Assembly: GCA_042408215.1 (NCBI GenBank)
Contig: JAYFMW010000022.1
Span: 1-64,000, forward strand
DNA: 64,000 bases
Source of the DNA: Microcoleus sp.
GTDB lineage: Bacteria; Cyanobacteriota; Cyanobacteriia; Cyanobacteriales; Microcoleaceae
Direction of reading: 5' to 3'
Shown: positions 18,183 to 28,320 of the stretch, piece by piece
Position numbering within the stretch: the stretch's first letter is position 1
How the letters are laid out: each line of letters opens with the position of its first letter
The notes under the pieces: model-generated
The model's input: only the letters and a program-made list of their open reading frames with translations
Databases searched by the model: none
What the model was told of the DNA's origin: nothing
Position numbers and translations under genes: made by a program

Positions 18183-19610
18183 ATGTTTTTGCCAATTTTC
18201 CCCCTCGCTCAAACAATCCTCACACCCCCAGCCCAACAACTGATCGTCCAGCCAGAACTACCCGTACCAGAAAACGAACTAGATTTGCCGCCACAGCCAA
18301 GCAGCAGCCCGCTGAAAACGGTGATGCTGCGCCAGCAAGTGCGCGTTTTGCCGGGACAACTCGACAACATCCCCGTTTTCAACAGCAACAGCCCAGAAGT
18401 TGTACAAACCGAAGGCATTTTGCTCTCCACATTTCCCCAGGAATCAAAACAAGTACCTTCCGCTCACTTAAACTTTCCCTTCAAAGGCAGATTTGACATC
18501 TTTGCCCACCACATCGCCAAGGCCAAGAATCACGAACAAACTCGCACCTTATTTCAAGGCATAATTGTCTACAATCCCAATTCCGAACCTGTCACTTTGA
18601 ATGTATTGCAAGGGGCGAGTTATTTAACTCGACCCGATGCTTTGTTTGTCGATTTGCCTTCCTATTTAGAAAATAGATTCGGCACTGTGTTTGCGGGGCC
18701 TGGAAGCCGCATCACGAGCGATGTGCTGCGGGGGTACAGACAAGGCATTTTGCCCGCTGCGATCGAAATTCCGGGCAATCAGAGCCGAATGCTGATGAAT
18801 TTGCCGATCCCTGTGGGGAATGTCACGCCTTCTTCCAACGGTCGATCGACCTTAATGCGAGTTTCTAGTAGCAATTCGGTTTATGTGGCCAGTTTAGCAA
18901 TGTTTGCTCCCACAACTCAAGCAGGAGTCGAAGAATATCCGACTTTAGAACAGTGGGAAAATATTTTAACTACCAAGGGTTTAGCAGGGCCGAGAGATTT
19001 AGCACCAACGGCGATCGGCTCAAATCCTGAGCAAAAAATTTATGGTCGCGTTGCGGGAGTAGCTGAAGGTTCCCAGTGGGAAGCTAAAATTACTGATAGT
19101 TCAAGAACCGATTATTTAAGCATTCCGAAACGCGGCGAAGAATTTTCCTATGCCTTGAGCACTACGGATACTGGTACTTTTGGAACTGGTCAAATTCAAA
19201 GTGCGAAAATGTTAGCTCGCTATCCCGATACTGCTTATTTTGCTCACGGCAATTACGGGATTCAATACAGTTTAAGTTTTCCGCTTTACAACAAATCTCG
19301 CGAGTCTCAATCTGTGAGTATTAAGATGCAAACACCGGTTAAGGCCAATACAGAATCGGGGGGATTGATGTTTTATGACCCTCCCGAAAATCGGATATTT
19401 TTCCGAGGTACGGTGCGGGTCATGTTTAATGATGATGGGGGGAAGACTTTGACGCGCTACATTCACATTGTGCAGCGCCGGGGACAGCAGGGGGAACCTT
19501 TGGTGAATGTGAATATGAAGCCGGGGGAACGCCGTTTGGTGCAGGTGGATTTCTTGTATCCGCCGGATGCGACGCCGCCGCAAGTGTTGACGGTGCGATC
19601 GAGTAATTAG
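18183..19610 (+). CDS. DUF3370 family protein
   Basis: PVFNSNSPE..EGILLSTFP, AHGNYGIQY, YPPDATPPQVLT; start uncertain. Confidence 0.8.
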   Translation: MFLPIFPLAQTILTPPAQQLIVQPELPVPENELDLPPQPSSSPLKTVMLRQQVRVLPGQLDNIPVFNSNSPEVVQTEGILLSTFPQESKQVPSAHLNFPFKGRFDIFAHHIAKAKNHEQTRTLFQGIIVYNPNSEPVTLNVLQGASYLTRPDALFVDLPSYLENRFGTVFAGPGSRITSDVLRGYRQGILPAAIEIPGNQSRMLMNLPIPVGNVTPSSNGRSTLMRVSSSNSVYVASLAMFAPTTQAGVEEYPTLEQWENILTTKGLAGPRDLAPTAIGSNPEQKIYGRVAGVAEGSQWEAKITDSSRTDYLSIPKRGEEFSYALSTTDTGTFGTGQIQSAKMLARYPDTAYFAHGNYGIQYSLSFPLYNKSRESQSVSIKMQTPVKANTESGGLMFYDPPENRIFFRGTVRVMFNDDGGKTLTRYIHIVQRRGQQGEPLVNVNMKPGERRLVQVDFLYPPDATPPQVLTVRSSN

Positions 19611-19705
19611 TTGTTATGGCATAAGTCCGATCGAAGTCGGAAGAAGAAGTCGATGTGAAAATGCAGTCACAGCATAGAAAGGACACAACAGTGTTGTGTC
19701 CCTAC

Positions 19706-19814
19706 TGATACCAAATACGGTTGCATCGGAATGATTAAACCGCTCTTGATGTTCTTGATGCAGAGTCAGAGAAGAGAGAGATGAATAACTCCGATGCCAA
19801 CAGATTTGACATCA
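19706..19814. mobile_element. MITE-like element
   Basis: TIR tgataccaaatacggttgcatcgga / tccgatgccaacagatttgacatca; half copies at 62855 and 63489-63561. Confidence 0.6.
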
Positions 19815-19970
19815 ATCATTATAGGGCTTTTTAATTATTTGAACCAACCGCGAAGACGCGAAGAGCGCGAAGGAAGAACTGCATCTCCTTCTTTCTCTTC
19901 CTTAGCGTCCGCGTGCCTCGCGGTTGGAAAGTGAATGACATAATTAGGTTATTAGTGCGTCCAGGACTAC

Positions 19971-20013
19971 TAAATCTCCCTCTCCCTGCCCATGAGGGAA
20001 AAGGGGAGATTTA
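19971..20013. terminator. Hairpin downstream of pdhC (possible terminator)
   Basis: taaatctccc...gggagattta. Confidence 0.45.
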
Positions 20014-20021
20014 GGCGATCG

Positions 20022-21317
20022 CTAAAGTGTCAAAGACTGAGGATTTGTCTCAATCAATTTCGCTAAATCCTGCAAGAAAGATGCAGCATCAGCACCGTAA
20101 ATCACCCGGTGATCGCAAGTAATATTCACCTGCATTTGCCGCTTCACTCCGATCAAACCATCTTCATTAGCCACTACTTGCGGCCGCGAAGAGCCGATCG
20201 CCAAAATCGAGCCTTGACCGGGCGGCAAAATCGCATCAAATTTGTCTACTCCAAACATTCCCAAATTGGAAAGAGTAAAAGTTCCCGTGCTGTATTCCGC
20301 AGGTTGTAAATGCTTGGTGCGGGCGCGATCGACTAAATCTTTCCAAGTGCGGGAGAGGGAATAAATATCCATGCGATCGGCATTTTGCAACACCGGCGTA
20401 ATCAAACCGCCACCATCCATAGCCACAGCTACAGAAACATTAATATCAGCACGGTATTGAATCGCCGACTCCACATAACAAGCATTCAGCAAAGGATGTT
20501 TTTGTAAAGTTACTGCTACAGCCTTCGCCAGCAGAGCCGTCATCGTCACGCCCTTCGACTTAATTTGTTTGTAGAGTTTGTCCAGATTGTCAGTAGTAAT
20601 TGTATAGCCGACGTGGAAACAAGGCACGGTCAAACTTGCCGCCATATTGCGGACAACGGCATTTTGCAGCGCATTCATCGGCACGGTTTGGCCTGTCATC
20701 GCCACTGCTGGAACAGGCTGTGCCGGTGCGGGTTTAGCTGCTGCGGGTGCGGGTGCTGCGGGTGCGGGAGATGCGGGGACTGTCACCAGTTGCTGAACAG
20801 GAGCGGCTTGAGCTTTACCCGCTGCGGCTTCCACATCCTCTGCGACAATCCTGCCGTGGGGGCCGCTACCTTTGATAGAATTCAAATCTACTTTAAATTC
20901 TTTGGCCAACTTGCGAGCGCGGGGAGAAACGACGCTGCGGCCGTTTTGGCGGCTGACATTTTGCTGCAAGCCTGGAGACGAAGTTGTAGCAGCGCTGACA
21001 GGGGCGGCTGGTGCGGCTGGTGTGGCGGCTGCGGTTGAGGCGGCGGCTCCTTGTTTCTGAGCGGTGGCGATTTCGGCTTCAGTTTCTGCTACTAGGGCGA
21101 TGGCTGCTCCCACGGGAGCAACTTCCCCCGCAGGTACGATAATTATTGCCAAAAACCCTTCGTAGAAAGACTCTACGTCCATGTCGGCTTTGTCGGATTC
21201 AACTACTACTACTGTTTCGCCTTTTTCTACTTTGTCCCCGGCGGATTTGACCCAGGAAACAATTTTGCCCTCTGTCATGGTAGAACTTAGGGCGGGCATG
21301 AAAACTTCGCGAATCAT
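20022..21317 (-). CDS. pdhC: Pyruvate dehydrogenase E2, dihydrolipoamide acetyltransferase
   Basis: Lipoyl domain VESDKA, E3-binding SPRARKLA..GSGPHGRI, catalytic DHRVIYGA. Confidence 0.95.
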   Translation of the reverse strand: MIREVFMPALSSTMTEGKIVSWVKSAGDKVEKGETVVVVESDKADMDVESFYEGFLAIIIVPAGEVAPVGAAIALVAETEAEIATAQKQGAAASTAAATPAAPAAPVSAATTSSPGLQQNVSRQNGRSVVSPRARKLAKEFKVDLNSIKGSGPHGRIVAEDVEAAAGKAQAAPVQQLVTVPASPAPAAPAPAAAKPAPAQPVPAVAMTGQTVPMNALQNAVVRNMAASLTVPCFHVGYTITTDNLDKLYKQIKSKGVTMTALLAKAVAVTLQKHPLLNACYVESAIQYRADINVSVAVAMDGGGLITPVLQNADRMDIYSLSRTWKDLVDRARTKHLQPAEYSTGTFTLSNLGMFGVDKFDAILPPGQGSILAIGSSRPQVVANEDGLIGVKRQMQVNITCDHRVIYGADAASFLQDLAKLIETNPQSLTL

Positions 21318-21712
21318 CTGTAAAAAGTCCTTTTTAACTAGACAGGTGGGAATCCCCACAGCATAATCTTTGATTATGCTGTGGGATGAGAGCTGCGCTC
21401 CTCATCGGAGCGACCCAGAATGCGATGTTGGGCCTTGCCAACCAGCATTCTTTGGGTGGCGAGGAAACTCGCACTCTGAGTCATAATTCTGGTAAAATAC
21501 TCGTATCTTGGATCAAAGAATCACAATCTGGGTCTAAGTAAAAACCTTTCATGTGACAAGTGGGGCAGGTCGCGTTCCTCACTATAAAACGCCGTAGATG
21601 GAAACAATTGGAGTACCTCGAAGGAAGATCTTGATATCCACAGGCCGGACTCAGATGCCCAAACCATACCCAAAGGGTTGGTGTGGGAGCGTCACTTGCT
21701 AATCGGGAATTG

Positions 21713-21954
21713 GTAATAGCTGGTAAAAGTATAGTCATCTATTACAGTGCCATGGGAGGCGTTGAGTCCCTCCCCTTTCGCTTTCACTTCGAGCGGATTA
21801 ACCCGCCTCGGCTGAACTACGCAGCTCTCTATCAAGAGTGCTAAACGCATTTGGGATTGCTTTTCTCAAAATATTGTAAGACCCGTTAACATCGGCGTTA
21901 ATCAATCGACCCTTCTGACTATATGATACTACCATTGTCTATTGATGCTTACAA
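21713..21954 (-). mobile_element. TnpB 3'-end/omegaRNA-like remnant with its own promoter
   Basis: Minus strand reads YSQKGRLINADVNGSYNILRKAIPNAF / SCVVQPRRVNPLEVKAKGEG (TnpB RuvC-III tail); TTGTAA-17-TAGTAT directly upstream; terminal hairpin gtaatag..ctattac. Confidence 0.7.
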
Positions 21955-21970
21955 TCTTAATGAAGTTTTA

Positions 21971-22168
21971 TAATACCAATTTAATGTGAAGTTACATATA
22001 TTCCGATCCCCCTAAATCCCCCTTAATAAGGGGGATTTTGAGAAGAATCTTGTCCCCCCCGAATGTAGGGGCGGTGCCTGTGAGTGCCCGCCGTTGGCTA
22101 GGGGGGATCGGAAAGACTGTAGGCTCAGACAGTAGGCTGGTACTACCTTTGAAATTAAGTTGACACCA
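21971..22168. repeat. Composite of MITE ends, gatcccc hairpin repeat and REP-like unit
   Basis: taataccaatttaa.. start, gatccccctaaatcc, gtaggggcggtgcc, ttaagttgacacc end. Confidence 0.6.
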
Positions 22169-22346
22169 ATCCAGGAGAAGCCGCCTCAAAGATACAAGTT
22201 CAATGCACAACAGCCTGTTTGGCAATTGATTATTGGCGATCGGCGATCGGCAATAATTATGATTATGCCAGTCTCTAGTCCGAAGATCGGTGACTAATGA
22301 CTCCAAATCTGCCAATTACCAATCACCAATTACCAATTTCTAATTT

Positions 22347-22796
22347 CTAAATATCACCTCGAATTTCTTGGACGATGCCGTCACGGAGGAGAACTTCTAC
22401 TTGCATTTTTTGAATCAAGTTTTCTCCTAAGCCGACAGTGAATGTACCGTCAATTTGACCTTGACTCACTTCTTGTTCTAGGTCTAGTACCTGCACTTGC
22501 TGGAGTTGTTGCAGACTTTGGTTTTTCTGTTCTAGCAGTTCACTTTTCCGTTGATTGACCTGGGTTTGAATGTTTTCTATTTGCTGCATTACCTGGGGGC
22601 CTGGTGGTTGCAGGTTTTGCTTTTGGATTTCAGCAATCATCCGCTGTCCTTGCATTTCTAGCTGTTGTAGCTGAGAATCTATTTGATTGATTTGGCCTTG
22701 GAGTTGTTGTTGAGCTTCTTCTTTCCAGCGGGGAGTAACGACGACTTTAACGTTAATCGATCGCTTCAAGAGTAATTGTGGGGTGGAGAGTTCCAT
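22347..22796 (-). CDS. YlqD family protein
   Basis: KRSINVKVVVTPRWKEE, Gln-rich coiled coil, VEVLLRDGIVQEIRG. Confidence 0.85.
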   Translation of the reverse strand: MELSTPQLLLKRSINVKVVVTPRWKEEAQQQLQGQINQIDSQLQQLEMQGQRMIAEIQKQNLQPPGPQVMQQIENIQTQVNQRKSELLEQKNQSLQQLQQVQVLDLEQEVSQGQIDGTFTVGLGENLIQKMQVEVLLRDGIVQEIRGDI

Positions 22797-22821
22797 AAAG
22801 TTGTTGTTTGTCTATTGGGAA

Positions 22822-22940
22822 TTAGTCATTAGTCATTAGTCATCAGTCATCAGTCATTAGTTTGTCAGTTAGTAAACATTTTCTCAGGACTGAGGACTGA
22901 GAACTGAGGACTCAGAATCGGGACTGGGGACTTGGGAATA
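22822..22940. repeat. STRR tracts (agtcatt, aggactg)
   Basis: Tandem 7-mers. Confidence 0.75.
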
Positions 22941-22977
22941 GTTTTCCTTCGCTATGCCTCAAGTCCGGGGAATATTT

Positions 22978-24927
22978 TCAAAACATCCCGTCAATCATAT
23001 CGCGGTAGTGTTCCGTCACAACCGGGCGCTTAATTTTCAGGGTTTGGGTCAGCATTCCATTTTCCATCGAGAATGGCTCCAAAATCAACCGGAACGGGCT
23101 AATGCGATCGTCCGCGCGGTATCCGGGGCGATTTTGCACCTCCCGGTTCAATTCTTTTCGGAATAAGTCTTGAATTGTCTTGCTATTCCAGTCAATTTCC
23201 TGTATAGGAGGATTCTGAGTTGCTGCCCATTTCTCCACGGCTTCTGGATTGGGTACAATTAACGCGCCCACAGATTTCTGGTCTTGACCCACTAGCATAA
23301 TTTGGTCGATGTAGGGACTGCGGAGACAAGCATCTTCGATGGGTTGAGGTTCGATGTTTTCGCCGTTGGTAAGGACGATCGTATCTTTGGCCCGCCCGGT
23401 TAAAATTAAATCGTTGCCCGATGTCAGCCAGCCCAAATCGCCGGTATCAAACCAGCCAGAGGGGTCGATCGCCTTGGCAGTAGCTTGAGGATTAAGATAA
23501 TAACCAGCCATGATTTGCGGCCCCCGCGCCAATACTAAGCCACGTTGACCAGCCGGCAGTTGTTGCCGAGTTTCCGGGTCTACTATTTTAACTTCGGTGT
23601 AGGCCAGAGGCTGTCCCGCCGAACCTTTAAGATTATGCCAAGGGCGGCGAACAGTTAAAACCGGCGATGTTTCGGTTAAACCGTATCCCACCAACAAGCC
23701 GATATTCGCTATTTCAAAGAAATTGTCTAAATGCGTAGCCAAAGAACCACCGCCACTAATTGCCCATTTAAAACGTCCTCCCGTAGCCTCCCGGACTTTT
23801 TGGTAAACAAGTTTTTCGGCGAGGGCGTGGACTGGCCACAACAGAATGTTTTTGATGCGGGCGATGAGTTTTTCCGAAGCAGAAGCAGGTTTTAAATTGA
23901 GAGTTAATCCTTGGAAAATGCGACGGGATTCTATGTATTGTTTGCTGGCAGATAGGAGGAAGTTAACTAATTTTTGTTTGTTAGGTGGCTGTTCCCTAAA
24001 TTGCTTCTGTACTGCCTCGTAAATCGATTCCCAGATGCGTGGAACGCTGATCATGTACTGGGGTTTGTAAGTTCTGAAATCTTGTTTGAAGTAGCGAATA
24101 TTGGTGTAAATCTGCGTGCATCCTTGGGAAAACATGAAGTATTCGACAGTGCGTTCGTAGGCGTGCCAACTGGGGAGAATACTGAGAACACCTTCGCCGG
24201 CTTCGGGCTGGAGAATTGTGCCGAAGGTGGTGATTTGGTGTAGCAGGTTGCTGTGGGTGAGCATAACACCTTTGGGTTTGCCTGTGGTGCCGCTGGTGTA
24301 GAGGAGGGTGGCGAGGGTTTGAGGCTTGTGGTTGGTGGGTTTGAGGGGGCGGTTGGCCCCTGTGGCCATGACTTGGGAAAATTTGACTGTGTTGAGGATT
24401 TGGCTGGTTTCGGGTTCTTCGTCGGAGAGGAGGACGACGAGTTGGATGGGTAAATCGGGGAGGCGGTGTTGCAGTTTTTTGAGTAATGCCCGGTTTTCGA
24501 CTACTAAGGCGGTGCAGCCGCTGTCTTGGATGATGTAGAGGAGTTCTTCGGGGTCGGCGGTGGCGCCTCGCACGGCGTTGGCGGCCCCAGCCATCATGAT
24601 GCCTTGGTCGGCTATCAGCCAGCGGGGGCTGTTGTCTGCGAAGAGGGCGACGCGGGGAGGGATGGCTTCTCCTGGGTTTGCTTCGATGCCGAGGGCTTGG
24701 AGGCCGGCTGCGAACTGTTGGATTTGTTGGTGGAGGTCGGTGTATGTCAGCTTGATTTCGGGCTTGCTGTGGGGGTCGTGGAGGGCGATTGTTTGAGGAA
24801 AATGCTGTTTGACGATCGCCCAAATTTCGGGTACTGATTGGATGGAACTGTAATCGATCGGGCGGCTGAGGTTAGCGCGATCGCGATCGGTCATTGGAGA
24901 TGATGTGTAAGATGCTGGGCTGTTCAT
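22978..24927 (-). CDS. aas: Long-chain acyl-ACP/CoA synthetase (Aas type)
   Basis: YTSGTTGKPKG, GYGLTETSP, GWFDTGD, GRAKDTIVL. Confidence 0.85.
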   Translation of the reverse strand: MNSPASYTSSPMTDRDRANLSRPIDYSSIQSVPEIWAIVKQHFPQTIALHDPHSKPEIKLTYTDLHQQIQQFAAGLQALGIEANPGEAIPPRVALFADNSPRWLIADQGIMMAGAANAVRGATADPEELLYIIQDSGCTALVVENRALLKKLQHRLPDLPIQLVVLLSDEEPETSQILNTVKFSQVMATGANRPLKPTNHKPQTLATLLYTSGTTGKPKGVMLTHSNLLHQITTFGTILQPEAGEGVLSILPSWHAYERTVEYFMFSQGCTQIYTNIRYFKQDFRTYKPQYMISVPRIWESIYEAVQKQFREQPPNKQKLVNFLLSASKQYIESRRIFQGLTLNLKPASASEKLIARIKNILLWPVHALAEKLVYQKVREATGGRFKWAISGGGSLATHLDNFFEIANIGLLVGYGLTETSPVLTVRRPWHNLKGSAGQPLAYTEVKIVDPETRQQLPAGQRGLVLARGPQIMAGYYLNPQATAKAIDPSGWFDTGDLGWLTSGNDLILTGRAKDTIVLTNGENIEPQPIEDACLRSPYIDQIMLVGQDQKSVGALIVPNPEAVEKWAATQNPPIQEIDWNSKTIQDLFRKELNREVQNRPGYRADDRISPFRLILEPFSMENGMLTQTLKIKRPVVTEHYRDMIDGMF

Positions 24928-25240
24928 AGTTATTTTTGTGACTTGTGCGACATTAAAGTGTTTTCTCTCAATCTAGTATGAAATGTATCCCTAACTGTTT
25001 GTGCTTGGGTAGGGACAGTTTGCGAAGCTGTCTCTACCTTTTAATTTCTATGGTCTCTTAATTGTTGCCTTTTAAGTTGACAATTTGGGTTTCATTATGT
25101 TATAAACATCCAGGAAATGTCAAAAAGTAGATATACAGAACAGTTCGTATATTATACTTATTTCAAAACTCCGGTTCGGAGTCAGGACTTGAGTCTAGTT
25201 TGGCAATCAAGGACTGTCGTCCTTACTACAAACTTGTCAC

Positions 25241-27427
25241 TCAAAACTGCACATAATTTTGCCGCCACCAAGCACGCACCAACTTAATCTCCTCAAACGT
25301 ATAAATCTCTTGCAAAAAATCATAAATCGCTCTCAATTTCTCATCCCCAATAATTTCAATTGCGTGCACAATCGCCTGCTGGCGTTCCGATTCCACCAAC
25401 AAATTTAGATCGACTTCTCGCCCCATCTCCATCAATTCTACTAAGTGCCCAGTAATAGTAGTGGGACTCATCCCCCGCGCATTCGCTACTGCTTGAACAG
25501 TCAAACCTTGTCGGTGCAGTTCCCATGTTTGCATCTGCGAATAAGACGGAACGTTAGCAAGATTAGGAACAGGAAAAGATGCAGAACTTGTTGCTAGTCC
25601 TTGTTGTTGAGAAAAATTTTGAATTGCCTCTAAAAAAACCTGACCATATTTATCTCGCTTGTTGCTACCAACGCCGTAAACATCCTCAAATTCTCTGAGG
25701 TTTTGCGGGCGTTTTTCTGCCATATCTCGCAAGCTTTTATCAGGAAAGATTACATAGGGAGGCACAAATTGTTCATCAGCAATTTGTTTACGCAGCCTCC
25801 GCAGTATTGCAAATAAATTTTCAACTTCTACGGCTAAAGAACGAGTTATTGCTTTCACTTCCCGTTGCGGTTCAACGGCTATTTCAACTGTGCGCTGCCG
25901 TTTCATTATTTCCCAACTTTTATCGTTAAGTTTCAAAATTGGAAAGCCGTCGGTTGTTTCGTTCAATAATCCTTGATGTAAAAGCGATCGCACTAATATT
26001 TTCCACTCATCAGCACTGCGATCTTTACCAATTCCATAGGTAGAAAGTTGGTCATGTTGGTATTGCAAAACTTTCTGATTTTTAGAACCGCGCAGCACGT
26101 CTATAATGTGATTCATGCCAAATTTTTCTCTGCACCTCGCGACGCAAGAAAGAAATTTCATTGCTTCAATTGTCCGATCTTCCACTGGTTTTTGATTGCA
26201 GCAGTTGTCGCAATGACCGCAATTTCCGGGGAATGAATCGCCAAAATAACTTAACTGAATTGTGCGGCGACACTCGCTTGATTGGGCGTAGTTAATTACC
26301 CGGCGCAATTGTTGTTGAGCAATTCGCTGTTCTTGCGGGTCTGGTTTTTGTTCGATGATATATTCGATGGTTTTAACATCGCCGTAGCCGAAAAATAAGC
26401 TGCAATGGGCGGATTCGTTATCTCGGCCTGCCCGACCAGATTCTTGATAGTATCCTTCTAAATTTTTGGGCAAATCGTAGTGAATTACAAACCGCACATC
26501 TGGTTTGTTAATGCCCATACCGAAGGCAATTGTGGCGACCATTACTTGCACGTCGTCGCGGATGAAGCGTCTTTGATTGGTTGTGCGATCGACATCGTTC
26601 ATCCCGGCATGGTAAGGTAAAGCTTCGATGCCGCTTTGCTGCAATTTGTAAGCAACTTCTTCGACTTTCTTGCGGCTGAGACAGTAGATAATTCCCGAAC
26701 CGCCTTTTTTTTGAATTATCTGTAAAACTTCGGCAAAACTGTGCTTGGTTTTGGGGCGGACTTCGTAGTATAAATTGGGACGGTTGAAGCTGGCGACGTG
26801 GATGTATGGATTTCGCAGAGTTAGCTGCTGGATAATATCTTGGCGGACGCGCTCGGTAGCGGTGGCAGTTAGTGCCATAATCGGAATGTTTGGGTAGCGA
26901 TCGCGCACACGTTCCATTTGCCGGTATTCTGGACGAAAATCGTGTCCCCATTCGGAAACGCAGTGTGCTTCGTCGATCGCAAATGCCGAAATTCCCAACT
27001 TAGCTGCTACTATATCTAAAAAAGGCAAAAATCTCTCGCCCAGCAAGCGTTCGGGAGCAACGTAGAGTAATTTAATCTTGCCTTCGAGAATAGCAGTTTC
27101 GCGCGATCGAACTTCCTGGCTGTTCAAAGTGCTGTTGAGAAAAGTCGCCCCAATCCCATTATCTCGCAGAGCTTCCACCTGGTCTTGCATCAAAGCAATT
27201 AGTGGCGAAACAACCACACTCAAACCCGGTTTCAGCAACGCCGGCAATTGAAAACACAAAGACTTGCCGCCGCCAGTCGGCATCACAATCATCTGATCCC
27301 GTTGTTCGAGAGCAGCTTCGACAATTTCTCTCTGTCCCGGACGAAAAGAGTCATAGCCAAAAAAATGTTTGAGATGGTGTTCGAGGGAGAGGGGTACAGG
27401 AGATGTTGGCGGATTCGACCCTGACAT
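25241..27427 (-). CDS. recQ: ATP-dependent DNA helicase RecQ
   Basis: PTGGGKS, DEAHCVSEWGHDFRP, YYQESGRAGRD, zinc/RQC/HRDC domains. Confidence 0.96.
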   Translation of the reverse strand: MSGSNPPTSPVPLSLEHHLKHFFGYDSFRPGQREIVEAALEQRDQMIVMPTGGGKSLCFQLPALLKPGLSVVVSPLIALMQDQVEALRDNGIGATFLNSTLNSQEVRSRETAILEGKIKLLYVAPERLLGERFLPFLDIVAAKLGISAFAIDEAHCVSEWGHDFRPEYRQMERVRDRYPNIPIMALTATATERVRQDIIQQLTLRNPYIHVASFNRPNLYYEVRPKTKHSFAEVLQIIQKKGGSGIIYCLSRKKVEEVAYKLQQSGIEALPYHAGMNDVDRTTNQRRFIRDDVQVMVATIAFGMGINKPDVRFVIHYDLPKNLEGYYQESGRAGRDNESAHCSLFFGYGDVKTIEYIIEQKPDPQEQRIAQQQLRRVINYAQSSECRRTIQLSYFGDSFPGNCGHCDNCCNQKPVEDRTIEAMKFLSCVARCREKFGMNHIIDVLRGSKNQKVLQYQHDQLSTYGIGKDRSADEWKILVRSLLHQGLLNETTDGFPILKLNDKSWEIMKRQRTVEIAVEPQREVKAITRSLAVEVENLFAILRRLRKQIADEQFVPPYVIFPDKSLRDMAEKRPQNLREFEDVYGVGSNKRDKYGQVFLEAIQNFSQQQGLATSSASFPVPNLANVPSYSQMQTWELHRQGLTVQAVANARGMSPTTITGHLVELMEMGREVDLNLLVESERQQAIVHAIEIIGDEKLRAIYDFLQEIYTFEEIKLVRAWWRQNYVQF

Positions 27428-28320
27428 TTGCAGTCCTTTTGTGTTGACTTCTACACTATTCTATGCTACTTGGTCACAAATACAGCGAGCGCGATCGAAA
27501 ATCAAAAATCGTTCACCAGAGAAACCGATACTTTTAATCGAGTTTGGGCGGATTTGGTGCTGAAATTATCGGTTTTGCACCGATAATTTCCCAAAGTTCC
27601 AACAGAATGGAACGAATTATGAATAAAAGTTGCAAAAACTGGACAAACAGTTACTAATGTGTACCGAGAATAGGAAGATGGCGCGGAAATTGCCCGACTT
27701 AAAAATATGAGCGCAGCAGCGAATTTCGCCGCTTAGCACAAGTTGGCACGATCGAAAGTGATGGGTTTTCCCCCTCATCGGAGTCAAGGGATTTGAGATT
27801 TGAGATTTGAGATTTGAGATTGACCGAAAGCAATTGCTTTAATTGCTGCTACACATTAACAGCAATATTTCTTTACTTTTAGGAGTCTCTGGACTTCACA
27901 AACGATCGACAATTGATTATTTTGTTAAAACTAAATTTAAAGCTTACGTAGATTCACGGAAATCGAGCAAAACAATTGCCTCGATCGCTTCACAGAATCT
28001 TCATAACGATCCGCGATTATAGGTCTGATTATAAAGATTGAGTAAAGATTGCCATTTACTGTAGCCAAAGCCACGATTCTGTAAGTTAAACTGGGAACCA
28101 GCGAAAACAACACTTACGTAGTCCACACAAAATCCTGAAAAAACGCAATTTTCTACATCCTAAAGGTGTTGAAGGGATGCCATAACTCAGGGGTTTTCGT
28201 CTGACAGATAAACAAGCAGTTTTTAAGCGAGCTAGGTGGAAACTACACAAAATAAAAGTTACTGATAACCTGGTTAGTTGTAGATCGCAAAAATTAAAAT
28301 AAAAATTTGATGGGTAAGTT

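Noticed and set aside
21481..21738. 85-aa ORF with CPTC
   Set aside because: Starts inside the TnpB remnant hairpin; no recognisable family, although a decayed small Zn-binding gene cannot be excluded
23996..24823. 275-aa Arg/Pro-rich ORF and similar overlapping ORFs
   Set aside because: Alternative frames of well-supported genes (aas, pdhC, surE and others)
28040..28080. NtcA site upstream of the HetC-like gene
   Set aside because: Only an imperfect GTA-N8-CAC was found; not distinguishable from chance
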